Assembly (NCBI GenBank): GCA_964016885.1
Contig: OZ024741.1
Coordinates: 400,892,001 to 400,956,000 of the forward strand
Direction of reading: 5' to 3'
From: Eledone cirrhosa
Lineage: Eukaryota
Length of the DNA: 64,000 nt
Positions 12,111 through 21,630 of the stretch are shown here, in pieces; position 1 is the first letter of the stretch; every line of letters begins with the position of its first letter. Below the pieces are notes generated by a model. The model was not told the DNA's origin, ran no database searches, and saw nothing but the letters and a program-made list of their open reading frames with translations. Made by a program: the position numbers and the translations under genes.

Positions 12111-12324
12111 GTAAGTGGAAATATTTCTGTCTAAGATACTGCATGCATGGTCCCATAACTCCTGAGATAGTCGTAGGGGTGTTGTATCAACATATGGTGA
12201 TTCTAGGGCACCTTTTTTTCTTTTAAAACCTGGCAAACCCATCTTTCCTCCAGGTCTGAATACAGTAGATTTCTTCTAGAGAAGGATAGAGAGAGAGAGT
12301 GAGAGAATGGAAGTAGAGAGGAAG

Positions 12325-12470
12325 AATCGACTCCAGTACTAGACTGGTACTTTATCAACCTCGAATGGATGAAAGACAAAGTTGACCTCTGCGGGATTTG
12401 AACTCAGAGATCAGAGAGCCGGAATAAATACCACAAAACATTCTATCTGATGTTCTAACAACTCTGCCAA
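12325..12470 (-). mobile_element. tRNA-derived SINE remnant (Nin/Deu-domain-like)
   Basis: The minus strand reads a B-box-like GAGTTCAAATCC followed by GCAGAGGTCAACTTTGTCTTTCATCCATTCGAGGTTGATAAAGTACCAG. Homologous to 14360-14537. Confidence 0.75.
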
Positions 12471-12984
12471 TACACAACAAAATAAATAAATTTATTCAGG
12501 ATACACAAAAAAAAAACAACTTATACTATAAATATATATCTGGGAGTGTGTGTATGTATGTATATGTAGATTTATATATATGTATACATACACGTTTTCA
12601 ACTTGTACAAACATTTTTTGGTGACTCATTCTCCCTTGGGACTTTAGACTAAAGAACTGACGACTAATTGATTTTACATATGACTTTAACCCATTGATAT
12701 AAAATATTATTTGGCCAGTTCGTGTGTATGTGTAAGTATATATATATATACATATATATATATATACAAATGAAAGTACAGCATATTCGAAGTTCGAGCA
12801 GCAGCTAAGCCAACGAATGCCTTCAGCAGTGCAGCCAAGCACACGACAAGGTATAGACCTCAGAGTAATAACATTCAGTTTAAAGGGCTTTGCAAATTGA
12901 AGATAGCGACCGCTAATTCAGCAACGAAAGAACTGACTAGTGAGAAAAAATACATACACACAGATACATATATATATATATATA

Positions 12985-13610
12985 TGAAATGCAGTTCGGG
13001 TTTGTGTCAGGTAAAAGTACCACAGACGCTCTTTTCATTGTACGACAACTACAGGAGAAGTACCTAGCTAAAAATAAACCCCTATACTTAGCTTTCGTTG
13101 ACTTTGAGAAAGCCTTTGACAGAGTCCCACACCCCATTATCTGGTGGGCTCTCAGAAAACTAGGTGTTGATGAATGGCTTGTGAGAGCTATACAAGCCAT
13201 GTATAAAGAAACAGTCAGCAAGGTTAGAATTAACAACGAATATAGTGAAGAGTTTAGCATAAAAGTTGGTGTTCATCAGGGCTCCGTCCTTAGCCCCCTC
13301 CTATTTATTATCGCCCTCCAAGCTATAACGGAGGAGTTCATGACCGGCTGCCCATGGGAACTTCTATATGCAGATGATCTAACGCTCATAGCCGAATCAA
13401 TGGCTGAACTAGAGAAGAAATTCCAAACATGGAAGCATGGCCTAGAATCAGTAGGCCTTAAAATTAACTTGTCTAAGACTAAAGTTCTAATATGTAGAAA
13501 GGAGAATAGGGCACTGGTCCCATCTGGGAAATGGCCATGCTCAGTGTGTAGGAAAAGAGTAGGCAGAAACTCCATTTTATGTCCCAAATGCAAAGTATGA
13601 GTGCATAAAA
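12985..13610 (+). mobile_element. RTE LINE internal fragment (RT domain), truncated at both ends
   Basis: ORF 12989-13600 has QFGF, FVDFEKAFD, GVHQGSVLSPLLF and YADD motifs and is nearly identical in protein to the minus-strand copy at 19010-20671. TGG>TGA stop at the WVHKR motif. Confidence 0.95.
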
Positions 13611-14018
13611 GTTATTAGCTGTCGAGGCACTGCATCCTTTAAAACCTCCATGGAACAAACTACCTGCATCAGTTGTTAGCTGTCGAGACACTGCATCCTT
13701 TAAAACCTCCATGGAACAAACTACTTGCATCAGTTGTTAGCTGTCGAGACACTACATCCTTTAAAACCTCCATGAAACAAACTCCCTGCATCAGTTGTTA
13801 GCTGTCGAGACACTGCATCCTTTAAAACCTCCATGGAACAAACTACTTGCATCAGTTGTCAGCTGTCGAGACACTGCATCCTTTAAAACCTCCATGGAAC
13901 AAACTCCCTGCATCAGTTGTTAGCTGTCGAGACACTGCATCCTTTAAAACCTCCATGGAACAAACTACCTGCATCAGTTGTTAGCTGTTGAGACACTGCA
14001 TCCTTTAAAACCTCCATG
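13611..14018 (+). repeat. 61-bp minisatellite (~6.7 copies) derived from a CR1/L2-like LINE ORF end
   Basis: Unit GTTAGCTGTCGAGACACTGCATCCTTTAAAACCTCCATGGAACAAACTACCTGCATCAGTT. GTCGAG/GTTGAG recurs at 13621, 13682, 13743, 13804, 13865, 13926 and 13987. Confidence 0.95.
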
Positions 14019-14203
14019 CTTCCAGAGATTCGCCAACACTACACCTAATATTCCCCATCCATCCACACACACACACATGTATATCATGACTCATACACTG
14101 TTCATTTTCCTGACATTTGTACATTATTCTATGTACTATACATGCACCTTTGATGAATTGTAGTGCACCTGAGCACTGTACACAATAATTTCATTATCAT
14201 TAT
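13957..14203 (+). mobile_element. 3' end of a CR1/L2-like LINE
   Basis: Reads WNKLPASVVSC(R/*)DTASFKTSMLPEIRQHYT* (stop 14046-14048), matching the WNxLPxxVV...SFK C-terminal motif of CR1/L2-clade ORF2. A UTR-like stretch follows, ending CAATAATTTCATTATCATTAT. Confidence 0.7.
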
Positions 14204-14359
14204 ACATATGTGAAAGTCCGGCCCTTTTGAAAGCTTAGCAGTTAATGTTATTGTTTCAGCACCTTGTCTTCAACTTCCCAGTCAATATCTGGCTTCACAG
14301 ATTTGTCTAATTAGGGGGTGATATCATCGTTAGTTCATCGTTAGTAATCCTTAACTCAA

Positions 14360-14537
14360 TAATATTAATTAATTGTTTCAAGGCCAGCAATTACCCAGTG
14401 CATTACTGGTACTTTATTTTATCGACCCCGTAAGGGTGAAAGGCAAAGTTAACCTCGGCGGGATTTGAACTCAGAATGGCAAGGGCCGTAACTCCATGCG
14501 TCAAAGCATGGCGTCCGACCTTCTACCGATGCTGCCT
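14360..14537 (-). mobile_element. tRNA-derived SINE remnant (Nin/Deu-domain-like)
   Basis: The minus strand reads GAGTTCAAATCCCGCCGAGGTTAACTTTGCCTTTCACCCTTACGGGGTCGATAAAATAAAGTACCAG. Confidence 0.78.
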
Positions 14538-14610
14538 AATCAATGCCACTAAATATATTAACATATATTAACTTGAAAATACATTTATATATTTCGCTGT
14601 CAGTTTTAAA

Positions 14611-14889
14611 TTTCCTCTCTCTCTTTCTCTATTTCTCTCTCTTTCTCTATCTCTCTCTATCTATTTCCACTCTCTCCCTTTTTCTCTCTTTCACTCTCTC
14701 TCTATTTCCTCTGTTTCTCTCTATTTTCTCTCTCTCTTCTTCCCACTATATCCTCTCTCTCTCCCTCACTCTCTCTCCCTCTCTCTCCCTCACTCACTCC
14801 CTCTCCCTCTTTCCCCTCTCTCTCCCTCTCACTATATCCTCTTTCTCTCCCCCTCTCTCTCCTCTCTCTCTCGCTCTCTCTCCCTCTCC
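14611..14889. repeat. Degenerate (CT)n polypyrimidine microsatellite
   Basis: About 280 bp consisting almost entirely of C and T. Confidence 0.9.
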
Positions 14890-15009
14890 AATAACCAACA
14901 GTCCACCATATATCAACTCACCCCCCCAGTGCTCAGATGTAACTAAATCACTGTAAAGCTGTAGAATCGACACAAGCCACTCTTAATGTTGTTTGTATTG
15001 TTAACCTAC

Positions 15010-15296
15010 TCACCACCACCACCACCACTACTATCAACATATGTTAACCTCGGTCTTCCTCTTCCAGTGTGTCCATGCAGGGTCTCCCACAGGAGCACTG
15101 AGTGCAGTGTCAACTCTGGATGTCTCCTCTGTGTCACTTTTGAGTTGAATTTTGGGAGGCTCCCATACAGCTCTGAGTTCTTCAGTGTATACTGATTAAT
15201 GTTCAGAGCCATCCTCAGCATTCTCGTGTTGCACCCTTCCACCATCTGAGTGAGTTTCTTGGTCAGTGTCTCAGACCCGTACAGCAACACAGACTG
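15010..15296 (-). mobile_element. 3' fragment of a second, divergent RTE-like LINE family
   Basis: Translation SVLLYGSETLTKKL...GCNTRMLRMALNI...GRGRPRLTYVD shares the YGSET and GRPR C-terminal motifs but differs strongly from the other RTE copies. Confidence 0.75.
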
Positions 15297-15400
15297 TGTG
15301 TGTGTGTCAGTCCTGGGTTCAATCAGGGATAACCACATTTAATAAGGTACTCAATACATTAGTAGAGTGTAAACATCATGTTTAATATAGAAATGGCTTC

Positions 15401-15473
15401 TACAGGACTAGAGCTGTTTCATTCAAAAGAAATCATAATGATTTCTTTTGAATGAAACAGTTCTAGTCCTGTA
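15401..15473. repeat. 36-bp-arm palindrome containing a truncated hammerhead-like motif
   Basis: TACAGGACTAGAGCTGTTTCATTCAAAAGAAATCAT-A-ATGATTTCTTTTGAATGAAACAGTTCTAGTCCTGTA, one mismatch. Homologous to 21577-21612. Confidence 0.85.
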
Positions 15474-15872
15474 CATACACAGAACAAAAGCACTGCTCAA
15501 GATTTCAAGGCCCAAATTTGACCATACCTTCAGAATACAAAATGCATCAAATTTATGACCTTTCTTCAGGCGTTTATACAAATTTATAAGATACTGTTAA
15601 AAGTAAAGCATGCTAAAATGGCATTTTTACGAAAAAATGTACTATAACAAAGGGAAATAACTCCATGATGTGTGAACATAAATAAATAATATATTTTTGC
15701 TCTCTTCCCAATTGAGCAGTTTTCTTTTTCACACTTATGAATATTGCTACATTTCGTTGGATTTTTCTGATTGGACTTTCACCTCGAAACTGAATACCAA
15801 CCCGGAGTACACCTGAACTTCCACCAGGAAATTTTTTGTATCTTTGACATTTTCTTTGCTTCTTGCATATAT

Positions 15873-18271
15873 ATTCCCTGGGGAAGAATGTACTCCACAG
15901 CATAGGTTAGTTGTTAGTGATATCTCAGTAAGCAAGAGATGGAATGAGACATATAGGAAGGTGTGGAGAAGAAAGGTCTGGAAGCTAAAAGACCTTTCAC
16001 TAAAATACAAATTTAGGAAAGCCCTTCAAGATGTATATGACGAAAAAGAAGACGATTTAGAGACGTATGACATAGATAATAACTGGAATTTCTTACGTGA
16101 CAACTTGCTGCAGGCTACTGATGAAACTTGTGGCTGGAGCAGAGCTCCAACCAAACAGAGAGTGACCTGGTGGTGGAACAGCACAGTAGATAAGGCTATT
16201 AGAGACAAAAGACTAGCATGGAAGGCTTGGAAAAAGGGTGGGAGTAGGGAAGAATATACAGCCACTAAGAGAGAAGCTAGACATCAGGTGTACTTAGCAC
16301 GCAGGGAGGCAGAGAGTAGGAGGTTTGCCAATGTTCTGCGACGGGAAGATCAGAGGCGTGCGGTGTTCCACATTGCAAGGCAGTGTGTCAATGCAAATCA
16401 GGATGTTGTTGGAGATAAATGTGTCCGGGATGATGCCGGTGTACTTAGTGTCACGAATGATCAGACAAAGGAGGCCTGGAAATGTCATTATGAGAGACTG
16501 ATGAATGTGGAGAACAAATGGGAGAGAGAGAAATTACCCTTGGTGGATCCGACAGAGGGACCAGCTATTGAGATTGATGAATATAGGGTCCAAGAGGCAA
16601 TTAGGGAAATGAAAAATGGTAAGGCTGCCGGACCATCGGAAATAGTTGCTGAGATGCTGAAGGCATCAGGGGATGTAGGCACTAAACTGGTTGCACGCAT
16701 CATCAATCAGACTATATGTGGTGGTGTCATACCCAAAGACTGGTGCAGCAGTATTCTCATAAATTGCTACACAGGTAAAGGGGAGGCTTTGGAGAGGAGC
16801 AATTATAGGGGTATAAAACTGATAGATCAGGTTATGAAAGTGGCAGAAAGGATTTTAGCACAACTAATTAGAGAAAGGGTCAAACTAGATGAGATGCAGT
16901 TTGGTTTTGTGCCTGGGAAGAGTACAACAGATGCCCTCTTCTTTGTGAGACAATTGCAAGAGAGGTTCTTAGAGAAAAATAAGCCACTATACTTAGCCTT
17001 TGTTGACCTAGAGAAGGCCTTTGATAGGGTACCCGGATCTGTCATCTGGTGGTCCCTAAGGAAGCTAGGTGTTGAGGAATGGCTTGTGAGGACAGTGCAA
17101 ACTTTGTACAGAGGTACTCTCAGTAAAGTCAGGGTAGGAATGGAGTTTAGTGAGGAATTCCAGATACAAGTAGGAGTACATCAGGGTTCGGTCCTCAGCC
17201 CGCTCTTGTTCATTATAGTCCTCCAAGCCATAACAGAGGAGTTTAAGACTGGCTGTCCATGGGAACTTCTCTACGCTGACGATCTGGTTCTTATAGCAGA
17301 ATCAGTAGAAGAGCTAGAGAATAAATTCTGGCTATGGAAACAGCAGTTGGAAGCAAGAGGACTGAGAGTGAATCTAGCTAAGACAAAAGTGTTGATGAGT
17401 AGAAAAGAGGACAAAACCCTGATTCCGTCAGGGATGGCCATGTTCGATATGCAGAAAAGGAACTGGCATAAATTCTATAAAATGCACACAATGCAGATCC
17501 TGGGTACACAAGAGATGTAGCGGGATAGCAGGCAAACTAACAGGTAGGGAGAAATATGTATGCAGTAGGTGTACAGGGAAATTAGACAGTAGAAGTCGCA
17601 CTGATAGACACATTTTTCAAATGCAAGAGGGCGCTATAGAAGTGGTGGATAGCTTCCGGTACCTAGGAGATCAGATTAGCATGGGAGGAGGGTGTTCCGA
17701 GGCCATAGTATCTAGAACAAGGACGGGTTGGAAGAAGTTTGGGGAGCTGCTTCCTCTGTTGACGAAGAAGGGTTTCTCCCTGCGTACGAAAGGCCGGTTG
17801 TATGATGCCTGTGTGAGGAGCGCGATGCTGCATGGTAGTGAGACATGGGCAGCAACTGCAGAGGATATGCGACGGCTGGAGAGAAATAAGGCAAGCATGC
17901 TCCGTTGGATGTGCAGTGAAAATGTGCGTGAACGACCCAGCATAAATGTGTTGAGAGAGAAACTGTGTCTGAGAGGGATAGAATGTAGTGTACGGGAGAG
18001 GAGACTGAGGTGGTATGGTCATGTGATGCGCATGGAGGATGACCGATGGGTGAAGAAATGCCAGGAATTGCCAGTTGAAGGAAGACGTGGTAGAGGTAGA
18101 CCACGAAAAACATGGGCGGATGTTGTGAGAACAGACCTCAGATCATTGAAGCTCACGGTGGAGATGACGAGGGACCGTGACGAGTGGAGAGATGCTGTGC
18201 TGAATAAGACCCGTTCCACCCTTGCAAGCAGGGACAAGCGGACGTAAAATGATGATGATGATGATGATGAT
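15873..18271 (+). mobile_element. 5'-truncated RTE-clade LINE with frameshifts and (ATG)n tail
   Basis: Starts in the end of the endonuclease domain (PGEECTPQHRLVVSD). RT domain has NYRGIKL, QFGF, DLEKAFD, QGSVLSP and YADD. Frameshifts near 17430 and 17620. C-terminus has HGSETW, RRLRWYGHVMRM and GRGRPRKTW. Stop at 18247 is followed by (ATG)n at 18249-18271. Confidence 0.96.
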
Positions 18272-18500
18272 ATATATATTTAAAGGTTAAACAAGGTTCA
18301 ATGAATAAATCTAAGAATGAGTTTTACAATAGATTGGAAGCACTCAACAGAATTTGGGTTTTCCGGAGTTATTAATATTAATTCAAAATATTAAGGTACT
18401 AAGTTAACTTCAACAGTACGTCATCATCAGTACATCCTCATCATACTACCATGACTGAATCTTAACCATCTACTATGTCAGGGTATGTCATGCATCATCT

Positions 18501-18567
18501 TATTTTATCTGATGAGGACGTACTGTTGAAGTTAACTCTGTACCTTTGAAATATGTATAATAAAATA
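18501..18567 (+). ncRNA. Putative minimal type I hammerhead ribozyme (Penelope-like element remnant)
   Basis: Stem I TATTTTAT (18501-18508) pairs with ATAAAATA (18560-18567). Core CTGATGA at 18509-18515. Imperfect stem II GGACGTAC..GTACCTTT. GAAA at 18548-18551. Minimal stem III AT-ATGT-AT and an AUA cleavage triplet. Confidence 0.65.
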
Positions 18568-18617
18568 TACTTGATCACAAGAATATCTATTTTTAATTAA
18601 TATATATATATATAGAT

Positions 18618-20750
18618 ATCATCATCATCATCATCATCGTTTAACATCCATGTTCCACGCTTGCATGGGTTTGGACGGGAGTTTTCCCACTTGAGGCAAG
18701 AGTGGTTGTCATTGCTCGCATAGGACTGTCTGGCGGGTTTTCTACAGCTGGATGCCCTTCCTAACACCAACCACATTTACAGTGTGGGGCTGGGAGGTTT
18801 TTACCGTGTGACCTACACGGCCACATTACAGCGTGGACTGTGTGTTTTTTTTGTCGTGACACCTACACGATCTCATTTGTTTCGGCCTGGCTGTTGTGGC
18901 ACCAACATAACTTTACATTAAAAGGGGCGGTGTGGATGAGGTGGGGGTGGTGGGACGGGGTGTATTTTGTTAGAGATGCCTACTGACTGTAGTAGGTTTT
19001 ACTTTGTATTTAGGTAAGGCGGGTCTTCTCTATTACTGAGTACCGCCAAAGGTCTCGGTCCAGTGACATTGTCTTGGAGAGGTGTAAGTGTGTGAGGACG
19101 GAATTTATCAGCTCGTCCCAGGTTTTTCTGGGTCTGCCTACTCCGTGGCTACCGTCTATCTTTATTGCCCTGCACTTTGTTATACAGCTGTCGTCTTTCA
19201 TGCGCATCACGTGACCATACCAACCTAGCCTTCTCTCGAGTAAACAACATCTGATCCCTCTTATTTCTAATTTTTTCCTTAGTTCGTTTATGCTTTGCCG
19301 TTCGCATATATTACTATTACACATCCAGCGGAGCATGCAAGCTTCGTTCCTCTCTAGTCTGCGTATATCCTCTGCACACAATGCCCAGGTCTCACTGCCA
19401 TGCAACATTGCTGTTCGTATGCAGGCATCATACAACCTGCCTTTCATTTTTAGGGAGAACCCTTTAGCGGCCAATAGTGGTGTAAGCTCTCTGAACTTTT
19501 TCCATCCAGTTCTGACTCTAGCTACTGTACTTTCAGAGCACCCTCCCCCACTGCTGATTTTGTCACCCAGGTAACGGAAGCTGTCCACTATTTCTATAGA
19601 ACCCTCTGCGCAATTGAAAGAGCTAGTATTTTGTGGGCACTTGCTGCTACTTATTGCACCAGAGCACCGGCCACATGTAAAATCTATGTTCTTAGTTAGC
19701 TTACCTGTGATCCCACTACATCTTTTATGCACCCATACTTTGCATTTGGGACATAAAATGGAGTTTCTACCTACGCCTTTCCTACACACTGAGCATGGCC
19801 ATTTCCTGGAAGGGACCGGCGCCTTATTTTCTTTCCTACAAACTAGAACTTTAGTCTTAGCCAGGTTAATTTTAAGGCCTTTTGATTCTAGGCCGTGCTT
19901 CCATGTTTGGAATTTCTTCTCTAGCTCGGCCATTGATTCAGCTATGAGCGTTAGATCATCTGCGTATAGGTGTTCCCATGGGCAGCTGGTCTTGAACTCC
20001 TCTGTTATAGCCTGAAGGGCAATAATAAATAGTAGGGGGCTAAGAACAGAGCCCTGATGGACACCAACTTTTACGCTAAACTCTTCACTATATTCGTTGT
20101 TAATTCTAACCTTGCTGACTGTTTCTTTATACATGGCTTGTATAGCTCTCACAAGCCATTCATCAACATCTAGTTTTCTAAGAGCCCACCAGATAATGGA
20201 ACGGGGGACTCTGTCGAAGACTTTCTCCAAGTTGACAAAAGCTAAGTATAGGGGTTTACTTTTAGCTAGGTACTTCTCCTGTAGTTGTCGTACAATGAAA
20301 AGAGCGTCTGTGGTACTTTTGCCTGACACAAACCCGAACTGCATTTCATCTACATCAATTCTCTCTCTGATTAGTTGCGCTATTACTTTTTCCGTGACCT
20401 TCATGACCTGGTCGATTAATTTAATGCCTCTATAGTTACTTCTATCTAGGGCGTCTCCTTTACCCTTGTAACAGTTAACGATGATGCTGCTACGCCAGCC
20501 CTTCGGAACAACCCCATTCTGTATGACTTGGTTTACTATCCGGGTGACCATGGTGTGTCCCACCGTTCCAGAGGCTTTCAGCATCTCAGCAACTATTTCC
20601 GAAGGCCCAGCCGCCTTACGCGTCTTCATATCTTTGATTGCCTTACTTATTATACTACCTTCGACTAACACTGCTGGTCCCTCTATTGGGTCGATGTGGG
20701 GGAGACTGTCTTTCTCCCATTTATTCTCCTCATTTAGTAGCCTTTTGTAG
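18618..20750 (-). mobile_element. 5'-truncated RTE-clade LINE with uninterrupted RT/C-terminal ORF, extended 3' region and (ATG)n tail
   Basis: ORF 19010-20671 (553 aa) has full RT motifs including YADD, a Cys/His finger, HGSETW, WYGHVMRM and GRPRKTW. (CAT)n at 18618-18637 is the tail. The 5' end stops near a (TA)n tract. Confidence 0.96.
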
Positions 20751-20755
20751 TGACA

Positions 20756-20786
<31 letters not shown>

Positions 20787-20965
20787 GAATGTATGTATAT
20801 TTGGCAATATACCGTATGTTTAATTAAAAACATTTAGAAGACCATTCGCTATCGGTTTTAAAGTAGTGACTATGTCACTTACTTAATCTTGGAAATATAT
20901 ATATATATATAAAATATTAAACAAATAATGAATAAACAATTCCTTATATTAAACAAAAAAAGTTC

Positions 20966-21114
20966 ATTATTTAACGATCGTTTCTAGGATATATATGTGT
21001 TAGAGTTGGCATGCATATTCAACAGATCTATGTACAAAATTATAAAAAAATTATACAAACTATCAAGATTAAATATACATACCAACACATATATACGCCG
21101 TCTTCAGAAATAAT
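20966..21114 (-). ncRNA. Mirror copy of the putative hammerhead ribozyme at 21113-21260
   Basis: Left arm of the palindrome, so the same motif is present on the minus strand. Confidence 0.58.
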
Positions 21115-21260
21115 TATTTCTGAAGACGGCGTATATATGTGTTGGTATGTATATTTAATCTTGATAGTTTGTATAATTTTGTATAATTTTGTACATAGAT
21201 CTGTTGAATATGCATGCCAACTCTAACACATATATATCCTAGAAACGATCGTTAAATAAT
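21113..21260 (+). ncRNA. Putative type I hammerhead ribozyme with very long stem II
   Basis: Stem I ATTATTT pairs with AAATAAT. Core CTGAAGA at 21120-21126. ~115-nt stem II with TATATATGTGTT/AACACATATATA and TTGGTATGTATATT/AATATGCATGCCAA pairings. GAAA at 21242-21245, palindromic stem III ACGATCGT, GUU triplet. The base of stem II is mismatched. Confidence 0.62.
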
Positions 21261-21448
21261 GAACTTTTTTTGTTTAATATAAGGAATTGTTTATTCATTA
21301 TTTGTTTAATATTTTATCTTGACTCTGTATACCGTTTATCTTTCACCGAAAGTGATTTTTCATTACATTTCTTCTTTCCATGATATCCGGAATACATTGA
21401 GTTCTTCATACGGATTGGACACTACCGTAAACTCTTGGTAGATTTATC

Positions 21449-21452
<4 letters not shown>

Positions 21453-21488
<36 letters not shown>
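21453..21488. repeat. (TA)n microsatellite
   Basis: Pure AT dinucleotide run. Similar shorter tracts occur near 10608, 12738, 12969, 18598, 20760 and 20895. Confidence 0.9.
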
Positions 21489-21498
<10 letters not shown>

Positions 21499-21569
21499 TA
21501 TGTGTATCAACCATCCCAATCACCATCTTACCCTACCACCAGGAAATGTATAAATACCACCATATTACA

Positions 21570-21616
21570 TTTCCTGATGAATTCCTCCAAATGAAATAGT
21601 TCTAGTCCTGTAGAAG
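21570..21616 (+). ncRNA. Putative degenerate type I hammerhead ribozyme
   Basis: TTTC-CTGATGA-ATTCCTCCAAAT-GAAA-TAG(TTCTAGTC)CTG-TA-GAAG: core boxes intact, short stems, GUA triplet. The homolog at 15438-15473 shows the better-paired GAAT and ACAG/CTGT variants. Confidence 0.5.
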
Positions 21617-21630
21617 CCATTTCAATATTA

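Larger units (their letters stand above)
20909..21317. repeat. ~409-bp spacerless, near-perfect palindrome
   Basis: Arms of ~205 bp are centred on GAAATAA|TTATTTC (21113/21114). The only difference I found is TATAAAAAAATTA versus TATACAAAATTA near 21045. Confidence 0.95.

Noticed and set aside
11876-12226. 116-aa ORF as a complete gene
   Set aside because: Only 11951-12110 resembles ferroportin and is bounded by splice sites; the rest is intron read-through.
12895-12940. TTGAAGA...CGAAA as another hammerhead
   Set aside because: The first core base is wrong and I could not find stems I and III.
14543-14956. 137-aa Leu/Ser-rich ORF
   Set aside because: Translation of a (CT)n microsatellite.
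15873-20750. Autonomous active LINEs or a domesticated RT gene
   Set aside because: Both copies are 5'-truncated and lack a complete endonuclease domain, and the + copy is frameshifted. The antisense ORFs overlapping them are shadows of the RT frame.
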